The notes under the pieces: model-generated
What the model was told of the DNA's origin: nothing
Databases searched by the model: none
Seen by the model: only the letters and a program-made list of their open reading frames with translations
Made by a program: the position numbers and the translations under genes
NCBI RefSeq assembly: GCF_009914755.1
Contig: NC_060929.1
Strand: one strand, 5' to 3'
Origin: the human T2T-CHM13v2.0 reference genome, Homo sapiens
DNA: 64,000 nt
Shown here: piece after piece, positions 1 to 14,860 of the stretch
How the letters are laid out: each line of letters begins with the position of its first letter
Numbering within the stretch: the stretch's first letter is position 1

Positions 1-454
1 CTGGGCAGGTAAGATTCCTCAAATTCTTCCTCATTGCCTATCATGGTACAGAAGGGTCCATCATTAGAATCTCTTTTATTTGAAGGCTTCTGGATCTCTC
101 AGTAATTTTTATTCAGCCAGACTCATACTATAAACACTCCTTTCACTGATGTACAAACACATTTCCACAAAGGTTTGGAAATAACTTATAAGAAGTACAT
201 ACAGTAACATAGTCACAAAAGATATAATGGGTTAAGATCAGAAAAAAAACATAAACTATAATTGGAGGCAAAGATGAGGGCAAGCTATAGAATATAAGGG
301 GAGTCCATAGCATCCCAGGAGTTTGCTCTTACTAAACCTGGAGTTTGGCTATGAATTTTTGAAAGAGAGAGACAGTGTGTTGGATGTAACCTTCTATCTG
401 TACTTTCTAGAGATTTGGTTAAAATGTCCTGGATGATGTGGGGAGTTAAAACTA

Positions 455-620
455 GCAGCCTAGTGTTAGAGAAAGTACACTAGATTCAAAGTCAGGGAAT
501 CTGGCTTCTCTTCTCACTGTCCAAGTGAGCCCTTGAGCAAGTTACTTCTCTTCATGTCTCAGTTTCTTTATCTGTGAACCATCTATCTGTGAAAGAAGCT
601 GGATCTGGATATAATCAATG
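455..620 (+). mobile_element. MIR SINE fragment
   Basis: CCTTGAGCAAGTTACTT...TCTCAGTTTCTTTATCTGTGAA resembles the MIR core. Confidence 0.6.
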
Positions 621-869
621 GTTTTCTGTAGCTTTTTTTTAAGTCATGAAATATTTTTAAGCCTAATTTTACTTTGAACCCCCAAATCCAAACCAGCTGG
701 AAGCTGAGCTGCTGTGGTTGACCAGGAGATGGTCCTGCACCTGTTGTCCTACCCAACCAATCTTCCTGTCACCAGCCACAGGGGGCCGAGGCCCTTGCTG
801 GGATTCCACAGACCACAGTTTGAAAATGACCAGACTGGATCAAAAAATAGCCTCATTTTTTCCAGGTCT

Positions 870-1060
870 CTGTTCCAATGCCATTTTCTCGTGAAGACCT
901 TCCCTGACTGCCTTATCTAAAATATATCTCTGACCCAGTAGATTTATCTTGTTATATCATATCATATCAGATTACATATGTATCATATAATTATATATTT
1001 TTACATTTACCTGTTTGTTTGTTTCCACTATTACTTTATAAACTCCATGACAGCAGAGAT
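870..1060 (+). mobile_element. L2 3' fragment (appears to resume at ~1370-1440 after a MIR)
   Basis: GTGAAGACCTTCCCTGACT...ATAAACTCCATGACAGCAGAGA; downstream TTGTTTGAATGAATGGATG resembles the L2 tail. Confidence 0.5.
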
Positions 1061-1066
1061 GGAGAA

Positions 1067-1335
1067 AGGCAGTACTACATGGTATTTGGGAGCAGGATCT
1101 GGAATACCAACTTCCTGAATTTGAATCTTTGCTCCACCATTTACTAGCCTTGTAACTTTAAGCAAGTTACTTGACCTTTTCTGTGCCTCACTTTACTCCT
1201 CTGAAAAATGGGCATAATAATAGCACTATCTCATAAGATTATTATGGGATTATAAGAGTTAATTTATGTAAAGCTTATGGAATAGTGCATTGGATGTAGA
1301 ACACTGTATAATATTTGAAAATAATACTATATATT
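1067..1335 (+). mobile_element. MIR SINE
   Basis: AGGCAGTA...TTTGAATCTTTGCTCCACCATTTACTAGC...GCAAGTTACTTGACCTTTTCTGTGCCTCA...AAAATGGG. Confidence 0.75.
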
Positions 1336-2091
1336 ATTAGCATTTATTAATACTATTATCTTTTTTTGCCACCGTCTCCTTAGTTTCTAGACTAGTTCCT
1401 GTCACATGATAGGAAAACAAATTGTTTGAATGAATGGATGTTCTCTTAGGATCTTTCTGACTCAAAGATTCTCTAAGAAGCTTTTGGAGAGACAAACATC
1501 TCTTCAAAAGGATCTTATACATTTATTAATTATCTGTATTAGCTACATACTAAGTATTCAACTATGTAGACAGTGGCACGAGCAGCTATGTGGTGTGAGG
1601 CCATGAGGGAGTAAGAATAGACTTTAGGTGGAAGAGCTAAGAGAGGGCTAAAGGTAATAAGTTTCATCTTTACGTACTCTGCAGCTTTGACCTCCTATAT
1701 GCCTTGATTCATGCCATTCATAAGCTTCTGAGAGCTCCTAAGTGTTGAGCTGTGTGTTATAGATAGGACATTTTAATAGAACAAAATTAGCATTTCCAGT
1801 CCTTCAAAGCTTTGGGTTTCTCATCATCATCACTATGGCATTTCAACATCATCTAATACTTTTGATTTCAAGAACATCCCAGCTGTCTAGAATGACTAGT
1901 TGCTGCTGAGACTGCTTCTTGCTTATTTCATAAATTGCATTTATGAGAAAGAAATGCATACCAGAGTCCACTGCAGCTTGGTTTGTTCCTTTAGTAGTAA
2001 GAAGATTCCTACCTAGGTTAGGAGGCATTCCCACAGACCGTAGTAACTGCTGAGTACATTTGAGGAGAATAATAGAGGGAAGGTAGCCTTA

Positions 2092-2451
<360 letters not shown>

Positions 2452-3488
2452 TCACTCCTATGTTGTTGGCAAAAAAAAAAATGTTGCTGTAAAAAAAAAA
2501 TGCTTTTTTTCTTAATGCTTCCATCAAAACAGATTCATCTTCTGGCAACTCTGGCTGTACCCAGTGCTCTGTCATTGCTATGGATATGTTACGCCGTTAG
2601 TCTTAATTTTAAAAAACTTGTTCCTTGTCAAAAACACTGATAATTTTTCAGGAGACACAGTTTCAGAAGCTGAAAAAACTTTTTTGCCATATGAAATTAT
2701 AATCATATACTGTTACTTTGATTTTGTGATCTCTATCAGCAGCTAAGTGTAACCTTTTGATGCAGCACTCTATAAATTATTAACCATGATGTTTTAAATG
2801 GCAGTGGCCTAAATTATGACTGTGGGACTTTGCATTTCCATGAATGATTGTTTTTATTAGCAATGATTCTTCCTCTAGGCAAATACCAAATGGTCTGCAA
2901 AGTAAATGAGGCTTTTAAGATTGATAAATATTTCACAGATGCACTTGTTGCATATTGGAGGGGGAGAAGGAAGAAGAGAGAGAGTGACACAAACCACCAT
3001 GTTGAAAGAATGAGTTAAGCAGACTGCCATGTTTTCTTCCTTGCTTGGTGCAATAAATAAGGTGGATTTCTCAACCTCGTAAGCCACAGCTTCCATTTTG
3101 CAACATCAGAGTCCTGAAAATAAAAAATAGCAACACTCTCCAGTAAAAGACAAGTACAGATGTTACAATAATTGAAGTTTTCCACCACCAAGCTGTGTAG
3201 ATAGGTTTTAGCCCTCAGTTAAAGCTCAGCAGTTATGTTTAAAAATAAGAGAGGAATATTTATGGAAAGATTAATTATCCTTAGGTGGTAGCTCATTAAG
3301 AGATGTGAAATGAAGTTGAGTTTATTTTTAAATCATTAATGCATAGGTATTTATATTATTGAATGACTGTATAGTTCCCGTATTTATGGCTGACTTCAGT
3401 TGCTAACAAGCCAAAGTCTTTCACTTATTTCTTAGCATTCTCAATAGTTTTTTGTATTGTCTTGCCATGTGAATTTTCTGAAATGTGA

Positions 3489-3836
<348 letters not shown>

Positions 3837-3933
3837 GCCATGCTTTATTTCTATTGCTGCTACAAAGAGCCTACTAAATAACAAAGAGTTTCTTTCTTCC
3901 TCATCATATCTTAGCAAAACTCGGGTTAGGGAG

Positions 3934-4349
3934 TGTTGTGGTTTAAATGTGTCCCCTCCAAAACTCATGTGTTAAAACTTAATGACCTATGTGATAGTAT
4001 TAAGAGGCGGGGCCTTTAGGAATTGATGAGGTCATGAGGACTCCTCCCTCATGAATGGGATTAATGCCCTTATGACAGAGGTTTCGTGCAGTGTTTGGCA
4101 TTTTTAGCCTCTCCTGTCTCCTCTTCTGCCATGTGAGGACATAGTATTCCTCCCTTGGAGGATGCAGCAACAAGGCAACATCTTGGTAGCAAAGAGCAGC
4201 CCTCACCAGACAACTGAACCTGCTGGAACCATGATCTTAGACTTTGTAGCCTCCAGGACTATAAGAAAGTTAATTTCTATTGTCTGTAAATTACCCAGGC
4301 TGGGGTTCTTTTGGTTGTTGTTATAACAAGAAACAGATGGACTAAAACA
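3934..4349 (+). mobile_element. MaLR solo LTR (MST family)
   Basis: TGTTGTGGTTTAAATGTGTCCCC...CCCTCATGAATGGGATTA...GCCATGTGAGGAC...AAATTACCCAG...GGACTAAAACA; TG...CA ends. Confidence 0.85.
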
Positions 4350-4785
4350 GAAATGTACAGGAAGTATAATGAAAACAGGATTTGACAGCATTATGATAGA
4401 TGTTACACAAAGTATAAGAAGATGACTAACCCCAATGCAATGGTGGAAGGTAAAGGAAAATTGCCTTCTTTCTGTGGGTAAAGACACTGGAAAGTCTTTT
4501 TGTCAGGGTTCTCTCCACACAACACATCACAGGGTCGGTGGTCCTGTTCGATCCAGCAACATTGATTATATGGTAAAGCTGCACATGACAGTTTTTAAAA
4601 TTGGCCCATATGGCAAAAAGTCAATTCTTAAAATTTCCCTTGAAAAAACCTTAAATCGCCCACAAAATATAGTAGCCATAGTCTTATATGCATAGCCTTA
4701 TGCATAAATCTAATGTCCAGGAGAACCACTGAGGCTAAACTAAGTAATGGGAAAAAAAAAGACTCTACGTAAATGTATGGACATG

Positions 4786-5203
<418 letters not shown>

Positions 5204-5357
5204 CTAATATTGAATATCTGTAACTTTAATACATATTAAAATATCTGCTGTTGCAGAGATTGAATGAACTACTAGATGTGAAAGTACTTTGCAGAGGGCC
5301 CAACCTATTGTGATTGCTCATAAATGTTTGCTGAATTTGAATCCAAATACCATGTGA

Positions 5358-5688
<331 letters not shown>

Positions 5689-5718
<30 letters not shown>

Positions 5719-5900
5719 TATCTTGCTTATTTCTTATAGTGACCTTATAAAGGCTCTATCACTTTGATCTTCTATTTAGAGATGAACAGTCAAAGGATTA
5801 TAGGCGTGAGCCACCAAGTCTGCCTATCTTGTTTATTTCTTATAGTGACCTTATGAAGGCTCTATCACTTTGATCTTCTATTTAGAGATGAACAGTCAAA
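5689..5900. repeat. 106-bp tandem duplication (2 copies) spanning the Alu 5' end and its flank
   Basis: GGATTATAGGCGTGAGCC...CAGTCAAA at 5689-5794 and 5795-5900; two substitutions between the copies. Confidence 0.95.
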
Positions 5901-7573
5901 GGCTTAGAAAGGCACAGAAAGAACATACATCTAATACTCCAACCCAGGTTGATTCTCACACCCTGTCCTTAACTGAAATGCCATCTTATCTTGGAGAAGT
6001 AAACAGTAGTTACAGGTTGATCTGTGCTGCTTACCCAGCTGGCTTTCTCGGTAGCCATGCAGGACGCTTGCCAGTTTCATGAAGAGGAGACCATGTTATT
6101 TCCTTTCTCTACCCATTGTGGTTTCTCTGGTCATTCCTCACACCCCCTCTGATGGCTTCTGTACTGTAGTTTCTCTTCACGTAGTCACAGTTTCCTATGG
6201 AGTCCATTTTTTCTCCACTCAAACTGCAGATCTCCTAAATTGTACCATCTCCTACTATCCTGTTACTTCTCTCTGTCCGTACCTTTTGTTAGAATTGCAT
6301 TACAGTATCTACTTGGAAATAATCAAGGACCCATGTGTGAATTTAGTCCCTGACTCAGGAAAAAATGCCATGATATTCTAAGGATAATATGCTCTATAGA
6401 TATGTTTTCATCCAGAACCCCAGACTATACATTTTTGTACTACAAATTTTTTAATGTGTAAGTGTTCTACTGGTTTCTCAGAGTTCAGCAAAATGAAATA
6501 AATGGAAGATTATAAAAACTTACACAAATTCTAAATTTCCAAAGACATGGACTTTCTTATCTCTGATTCCTTATCTAACTACAGAACATAGAAAATAAGA
6601 GTGACTCTTTTCTTAGGTTTTCCAATTGTCCAAATACCTGTGCCACTCTAGATGCCTAACAGAGATGTTAATTTATTATATATAAGGATGCCTTAGGGCT
6701 TAATTACCTGTGGGACCTCCATCGGAGAAAGGATTGTCTTCATTCTATATTCAATTTGCCTTATAAAATTCTTCTTATAAATAATAAGTGCAAGAACCCA
6801 TAATGATTCTCATTCCTTGAACTGTTCCTTCATTTCTTATTGAACTGATGTACTCAGAGTATACTTAAAAGCCCACTGTCCCCACGTAGACAATAAATAT
6901 TCTTGGACAAAGTTTTTTTTTCCTCTTTTAGGTTGAAGACTTTTCTTTTATCTCCTTCAAATGTTGCAGTAGGTGTTCATGTCAATCAATGTAACACTAT
7001 AAATTTGCGTGGTTTTTTCGGTCAGTATTCATTAGTGGCAGCCTAGGGAATAACTAAGAGTTTTCCAGGTTATTTGTATGAATTTTAATTAAATACAGAC
7101 AGTATATTTGGATACCATCTGTATGGACATCATTCTTTTTTTTTTTTGGCATGAAGATTTACATGAAGAAATTGTCTGGTCCTACTCAGCTCCATGGAGC
7201 TGCCAGACACGCCCCCACATTATGCAGTCAGCAATGTACAAAAGTGGAAACCTAGACTTTCCATGTGTTCACAGTCTTAGGCCTCTACGGCTTGCCCTAG
7301 CCAAGATTTTTTGCCATTTCCTAATCTACCCTCAGCCTTTCTCCCTTCCAAATCATCCTTTTGTTCATGGCCTTGCCATATCCTGATTCTTTATACTCTA
7401 TTCTGCTTCTCTAACTTTGATGGATACTTCATCTCTTGATTGTGGTATGAGTTCTGTCTGTTTAACTCCATAGCCTTCAGCCATGCAGGAAGGTCCTCCC
7501 TAGTTCCCATATGGAAATGCTTTCCGTGGATATCTTCCTTCCCATGGGAAGACTTGCATCAAGGTGCTTGTGA

Positions 7574-7832
7574 GGGCAATATAGCATAGTAGCAAAGTAC
7601 ATGTAATTTAAAGTCAGACAAAACTGTGTGTGAAGCTTGGTTTTGCTTCTTACTAGCTTCTTACTAGCTTTGTAACTGGAGGCATATTACCTGACATCTT
7701 AGTACTTCAGTCTCTCTATCCGTAATATGGGTAACTAATAGTATCATAGAGTTGTTTTGAAAATTAAACATATACAGGGTGCCTACAACAGTGTCCGCCA
7801 CTTAACTCACTATAAATGACCACTATTATTAC
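7574..7832 (+). mobile_element. MIR SINE
   Basis: GGGCAATATAGCATAGT...TTACTAGCTTTGTAAC...TCAGTCTCTCTATCCGTAATATGGG. Confidence 0.65.
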
Positions 7833-9549
7833 TAGAGGCTTCGTGATAGAAGAAAGCCCTGAGAAAAGTATCAATGGATTGGTAGTTTGGTTACTCCTAT
7901 GTTGTTAAAAATATAAATAAGATTCCTTATATTCATCTCCATTTATTAATTCCAGTTGCAATGCTCAGTTGACTCATTTTGAATCCTGCCAAAATTGTAC
8001 CTTCTGAGCTGAAGCCAATTAAAATAAAAATCTCTTTTTTCCAGAAGCCAAAAGCCATTTCCCAAGAGGTTCTTGTTCAACCCACACATGCAAATGCAGC
8101 TGTGATGGTTTTGTCAGAGATTTTTTTTCAGAATATCACACACCAATGTTAGCCTTAAAGAATGATACCGGGGCTCTCTGCTTCTTGGTTCATGGGGTAT
8201 ACCCACAAGCAAAATAGAAACAAAGCAAAGGTAGGTAGCCCCAGTTGGCACAGTTGATTGACTTTAATAGGTCCTGATTATGCTGCTCATATTCCATGAA
8301 ATTAAAAAGCTTACAAATGTTATGAGCCATTACCCTTCCATTTAAGGGAGCTTATGACATGTTAGCAACGTTTAATGAAATTCTTTTCAAAATGCCATTG
8401 GCAGACTCAATGAGATTCCATGTTGAAACTCAACTTGAAGAATTGTCTGAGGAAGTTTGTTCTCTACCTGCCTGTCTTTGTAATGTGTGGGACCCATTTC
8501 AAGGCCAAAGGAAGTTCTTTATCAGTTAGGGGATAATTTTCATGTATCCAGAAGTATTTCTGCTTTAATCATGAGAGTGCTTTCCAGTTGAAGACAACAT
8601 CATAGAGACTGCCATGTTAATGTTTGTGTTTAGAGAGCACAAGAATAGTCTATTTTTACACAATGATGAATTTTAAAATTTAAGTCATTTCTGTTCAATT
8701 CTGTCTATATTTGGTGACAGTCTAAAACATTCTAGTAAATATTCCAAAATGTTATTGCCTGTCCTGTCTTTGATGAGCCATCACAGTATAATTTGGGAAA
8801 TAAGCCTTTGTGCAATAAGGTAATTAAAGCATAAGAAATGAGGTAATTAAATACTATATTATATGGTACTTATTATTTACACAGTAAAAGTTCAAGAAAT
8901 AAAAAATACTGCAGTGAGTTGACGGATAATTTTTTTAAAGAATAAGAAAGATGCGTATGAGACATAAGTAATTTAGGGATCATTGGTTCTTTCTGTTAAA
9001 TAGTCTTTCATTATCACTTTGATAATGGGGATATTTAATGGCAATATTCATTTGTCAGGGTACTAGCCATATCAACATCTTGTTGCTGATGTTCTACCAC
9101 TACTTTTTGAGATCTTATGGGTCAAGAAGGATACTATGTGATTTAGATGCATTTTAAAAATCCTCCTGACATTCTTATAAGGTCGTTTATATTATCTCCT
9201 TTTACAGGTGAAAACTGAGATGCTAAGTACTTAGGCATTGGTCTCTAGTTAGTGTGTGGAGCAGCTGGAATTCAAAGCCAGGTGTGAACTACCCCACAGC
9301 ATATATTTTCTTGATATGAATCTGCTTTGAAAAACAGATTATGCCAGGGCAGCCCCCATTGTGAACTCTTTGCAGGCAAAATTCCTGTTATAGGACTTAG
9401 TCATCATCGCATTTATTTGACCATGTCATTGCTTGGCACTCAATAAATGTACGATTAATGTATAATTAATATGTTAAGGAATCACAACTCATAACACAAG
9501 TAAAATGCAGCTTTATTTTTGTCATCACTGATCCTTTAAGCTTTGAGGT

Positions 9550-9580
9550 GTTTGTTTGTTTGTTTGTTTGTTTGTTTTTT
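9550..9580. repeat. (GTTT)n microsatellite
   Basis: About 6-7 GTTT units seen directly. Confidence 0.9.
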
Positions 9581-10417
9581 GGCAGAGGTTATGATCTGGA
9601 GGGAATCTTTTCTTCTTCCTCCCACACAAAAATGTGGACAGTTCCTAGGGTATTTTCTTTCCACTGAAAGTTAGTAAAAATTCTGGTGGCTCATTAAGAG
9701 ACAAAACGCAGTCTCAGTTCCAACATTTTAAACATTTCATCTAAAACACTTACCAATGTTTCAAACCTCATTCAAAGTTAAGTATTTATTTCTTTTCCTC
9801 AGATACAGCCTTGACTTGGTGGCTCTCTGCCTTTGGTTGTCTGGGCCCTCATCATCTTCTGATGTGCGAGCTGCTTTCCATAGTCCTAGACCCTACCAGG
9901 ATAGTAGTAATGGAGGATGAGGCAGTTCTTTCTTGGCTTTGTGACTTTGTGCCGCTGGGACTGATAAATATTTAAGCTGACTTCCTCCCTCGTGAAGCAT
10001 TTTCTGGGTTCTTTGGAGATTTCCGGTCCTGAAACTGCAAAACATCTACAGCACCTATGGCAAAAGCCAGTGAAGCATTCTGTTTGTGAACAGGCTGTTT
10101 TCCCCATTATTCTACTCCATGGGGAAACTTCTTGTCTCCCAGTAGTCCCCTTGGGGAGGATTTCAGATGTCTCCAGGACAGTGCTCTCTCCCCCTTGGCA
10201 CATCTGTGTTTTGTGAAAAATGATCATCCATCTTTTACCTGACAAACTTTGGGAGTCTAGTCTCTCTCTGAAGCAGGGGCCCTATCCTGCCTCTAGTACC
10301 TTCTGCATTCCTGGTGGGAAGTCTATGGTGACTTTGTGGATAGAGAACACATTTCAAGATATCAGATTGGATTCACTGAAGCCTGTTCTCACTGGGCTTG
10401 AGGTTAGAAGGTAGCAG

Positions 10418-10418
<1 letters not shown>

Positions 10419-10468
<50 letters not shown>
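10419..10468. repeat. (CA)25 microsatellite
   Basis: Perfect CA run seen directly. Confidence 0.97.
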
Positions 10469-10471
<3 letters not shown>

Positions 10472-12224
10472 ATATATATATTTTCACAGGTCCCCTTTCC
10501 TCCATTCCCTTGACCCTTATATCTTGAAACTAGCGAGGGTGTTCTTTGATACTTCCTCTATCAAATCTTCATATTTTATCTGGTGCCTTACGTTGGAGTT
10601 CTATATCAATTTTATCTTCATGCCCAGTTGAAACCACATTTTTAACATCCTCCTAAATGTGCCCTGTGATTCTCTGACTTTCATAGTAAAGCTGTTAGAT
10701 GGGCTGCCTTAGCTAGTCCCATCCCATCCTGTATACAAGGTCTTGACACATGATGGAAGGAAGAAAATGTTGGTATTCACCCAGGATACACAAGTGAATG
10801 GAAAGAAAAAAAAAAAAGATGCTAGTGGCTAGATACTTCTGCTTTCCCTTCTTCTGCCTTCTCATGGTTCTGGGCCTGGAAAGACATACCGTCTTTTCTT
10901 CCTGTGAGGGTTAACTAAACCAAAGATTATATATCTTTTCCTTGCAGCCAGATTTCTATGGGCCCGTTCTGGTGGTTCGGGTAGAGCTTTCAGAAGCCAT
11001 CTTGGTTAGTGATAAATCCTTCTTGGCTTTCTCAGAGCCCCAGAGTCTCTAGAATAATATATTTGGAAAAAAAAAAATACCATTGACTAAGGATAGGCTT
11101 AGTGGTTGACTGAAAGTGCTTCCACTGGAGGTTATGGTAATGTCATTTGGAGCAATTCACTTTAGATTTTTAAGGAGGCAAAGCATGTATTTGAAGAATA
11201 GATAAGAAAACTGCAATGAAAGGATGTTGTTTCTAATGGAACTAACCCAGAATTTAGAGTTAAATGTTTTCTGATTTTCTGTTTGTTGCTTGTTTTTGAT
11301 ACCTTTCTTTGTTGACTCTGCTATCCTTAAGAATTTGAAAATGTAGGTCAAGAATGATTTTTTTTCTCTCCCTGTGCCTGGCGACTTCTCATTGACTAGA
11401 GATACAGCCTGTAAGTTTGCAGCCATCACAACCCCATTGTCTCTGCTCCCAGAGCTCTATGATTGCTCTGCTCTCAGTGTCTTATACAGAGCAGGTATTT
11501 AGCAAGTTTGTAGACTTAATTTTTTTGGACTTAATGCAAATTAAGACACCTTCATTTCTTCTCACCTGTTTTGCTTGGTATATAACACTTAAAAAAAAGC
11601 CTCTCTGAGCTCTTTCTGCTTATCTAGGATTGTATTAAGTGTTTGAATACATTTTACGGCCCAGAGTAGATGCTAAATAAATGATTATTGCATAAATAGA
11701 AAGAGTTAAGGAAGAGAAGAGGAACTGGAGAACAGAGGCACACCCTCTCCTGTGATATCTTGCCCTACCTCAATATTGCAAGTTTCACACTGTCCCTTCA
11801 TCTTTTCAAAATTTCTTTGTTCCAGTATTAATTCCTTCTCAGGCAATTCCTAGTTAGAATTTAATTTAAATCAGGGGTGTAGATAACAACTAACAGTTTT
11901 ATATATTATACTGAAGGGATGTGTGCATTGTGGCTAAGCACAAAAGGGATTCAAAAATCAAAATAATATTTTGGGCATTTTGGCAGAGCCTTTGGGGAGA
12001 TTCTGACAGAAGGTGCCCTGGGGTCCTTCTAAAATCAGGACAAAAAAACACCACTTACTTTGCTGATATCTATGTCTAAGGTTCGTGTATTGAGTGGTCC
12101 TTCTCAGTGCACAAAGGGAAGGAAGGGGTGTGTCTGGACTAGGCACACTTGGGTCTCCCTCTTTACATGAGTTGCAACTCTGATACACACACACACATAC
12201 ACACAAAATTTTATATATATATAA

Positions 12225-12752
12225 TTTTTATTATTTCAATAGTTTTGGGAGTACAGGTGGTTTGGGGTTACATGAATAAGTTTTTTAGTGGTGGTTTCTG
12301 AGATTTTGGTGCACCTGTCCCCTGAGAAGTATACACAGTACCCAATATGTAGTCTTCTATCCCTCACCCCCTTCCATCCTTTCCCCCAAGTCCCAAAAGG
12401 CCATTATATCATTCTCATGCCTTTGTATCCTCATAGCTTAGCTCCCACTTATAAGTGAGGACATAGGATATTTTGTTTTCCATTCCTAAATTACTTCACT
12501 TAGAATAATGGCCTCCAGCTTCATCCAAGTTGTAGCAAAAGACATTATTTCATTCATTTTTATGGCTGAGTAGCATTCCATGGTGTATATATATCATATT
12601 TTCTTTATCCACTTGTTGATTGATGGGCACTGAGGTTGGTTCCATATTTTTTCCAATTGTGAATTGTGTTGCTATAAACATGGTTGTGCGTCTATCTTTT
12701 TCATATAATGATTTCTTTTCCTTTGAGAGGATACCCAGTAGTGGGATTGCTG
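12225..12752 (-). mobile_element. L1 3' end fragment (L1PB1-like)
   Basis: TTCAATAGTTTTGGGAGTACAGGTGG...GAGATTTTGGTGCACC 3'UTR; ORF 12550-12768 (-) contains ORF2 C-terminal motifs AIPLLGI and MFIATQFTI. Confidence 0.88.
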
Positions 12753-13839
12753 TATCTATTTTTATCAATCCTGATAGGTTTCAAAGTATATTCTTTATCT
12801 GAATGGCAACAGGATATGTTGGAAAAACCATGGTCTTTGGAACCAGATAGGCATGGAACAAATTGTTGAACCTGTCTAAGCTTCATTTTACTCAGTTATA
12901 ATATGTGAATACGAGTTCATGGAGTCAAAAACCTTCTGAGCACCATACAGAACACTAAGTGAATACACTTTCTCTTTTACATATGCCACACCTTGAAAAC
13001 ATAAACAATTGTCAATTTCATCTTTAGTGAAAGAAACAGGTTCTGAGAGGTCTTTGATTTATCCAAAGTTGAAATAGTAGTTAGGACTTCTAACTGTAAA
13101 GGCCTTGACTCTAAAGTCTGTATTTTTGAGCATGATGTTGTATTGTCTAATTGTTTCAAACTCAATATGGCTCTAATAAGATAGAAATATTGTATGTAAA
13201 GCACTTTCTATGGTTCCTAGCTCCCCTACGTACCAAAGTGGTATGAAGCTATTATTATTTGTCACTTATTTTTTTTAGGATTTTTCTGTGTGTTTAATAG
13301 CTAGTCATTTAGAGGGGAAGTAAAATTACTCTCTGGGGCAAGGAATTGGCATTAAGTTTTTGTTTTCTTTTCTTTTCTCCATATTTATATCTGTGGCAAT
13401 GCTGGGAACTAACAAGGCTAGAGAGAAGAGAAGAAATGTCTTCCCTTTTATATGTTCCCCTTTAAATTAGCTAAGCTGCATAATTTAAATAGACATTTAA
13501 CACCTGTTCCTCCCTGAATATTTACATGAAAATCCTGGGCCTTAAATGCTTCTGAGCCTTGATAGACCTTAAACTTGTCATTAATTTAACAAGTATGTAT
13601 TGATTCTTATTTCGCATAGTTTGCTGCTTTGTCTTAGTACATACCAAAGTGTTGATGAAATCCTAATGAGCCACGTTCCCCATGATAGAAGCAGTAATGC
13701 AGAAGTGTGCTTTTTACCCAATTGCCTTGCCATCAACACAGTCGTCCTGATTGATTTTGATGGCAGGCAATTGACCACTTTTCCCACAAAGATGTATTGG
13801 GCATCCCCTGAGTGCTGGCCAGGGGGCTGAGGGCTAGGG

Positions 13840-14520
13840 ATATAATTTTTTAAAAGATAAACATTTTCCCGCTTCCATGGAGTTAATAATCTAGTGGAGA
13901 AGATAAACAAGAAACAAGTAGGTATCCATTTTGTTAAGAACTATGAAGAAGACAAAGTGTGACGTAAGGAGAAACTAATCCATTGTTCTTATGAAAGGTA
14001 TCTCTGAGACCCACAGAAGCTAGCCATGGCAAGAGTAATGAGGATAATTTCAGGCCAAAGGAATGTGAATGCAAAGATTCTAAAGCAAAGCACTTGCTGT
14101 CTATGCTCAAAGAGTAGGAAAAAAAGCTGATGCTATTAGATGAGTAGTAACACAATGGAAGAGCTGTACAAGTTAAGCAAGGCCATGTTGGTTATGTTGG
14201 AGGGCTGGGGTTTTGCCCTAAGTCAGCTAAAAAGTCTGAGGAATTTTAAGCTGGCAGAGGATGAATATAGATCTTACAAAGTTGATTGTGGCTGATGTGT
14301 AAAACAAATGTACCTTAGAGTAGCAAGAGTAGGAACAAAGAGATCAGGGAGGGAGCTCCTCGGTGGTTCAGGTGAGAGATAATGGTAATTCCCAATGGGA
14401 TGGTGGCAGAAAAGGTGGAGAGTTGAGAAATATTTTAGAGGTACAGTTGACAGGAGCTGCTGACAGAACCACTGGGAACAAGGAAACCAAGGGAAGAATA
14501 AAGGATGATTCTTTTTGGAA
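13840..14520 (-). mobile_element. L2 fragment
   Basis: GGAATTTTAAGCTGG, GGTTCAGGTGAGAGATAATGG and TATTTTAGAGGTACAG motifs typical of antisense L2. Confidence 0.55.
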
Positions 14521-14629
14521 TTATTTTTAAACAAATGTGTGTTAGTCTTGCCTAGGTCATAAACTAAGTTTTTAACATGGATGGATGGTGATGAAGGGGC
14601 GCATCATAAGAAGAAAAGGGAAAGGAGAC

Positions 14630-14860
14630 CTAACATTTATGGAGACCTTAAAGTGTGTCAGGAATTGTGCTAACTTTGCATGTGCTATTTAATCTTCCAC
14701 TTTATAGAAACCCTATAAAGTAAAAATCATGACTTGCACATTTTATGTATGCTGCAATGAATCTTTAGAGATGCTAAATAACTCAACAAAGGTCGTAGCA
14801 TTGGCAAATACAGGAACCAGACATTGAGACTGATCTCCAAAGTCTCTTTTTCTTCCCCAC
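14630..14860 (-). mobile_element. MIR SINE
   Basis: AACATTTATGGAGAC...GTGTCAGGAATTGTGCTA...TAAATAACTCAACAAAGGTC. Confidence 0.55.

Noticed and set aside
6775-6784. MEF2-like YTA(A/T)4TAR matches (also about 3322 and 14521)
   Set aside because: Expected by chance in AT-rich DNA; no clustering or other support.
6912-6937. Strong polypyrimidine tract + TAG|GTTGAA as a recursive site (similar at 9207 and 18070)
   Set aside because: The sequence after AG is a poor donor match.
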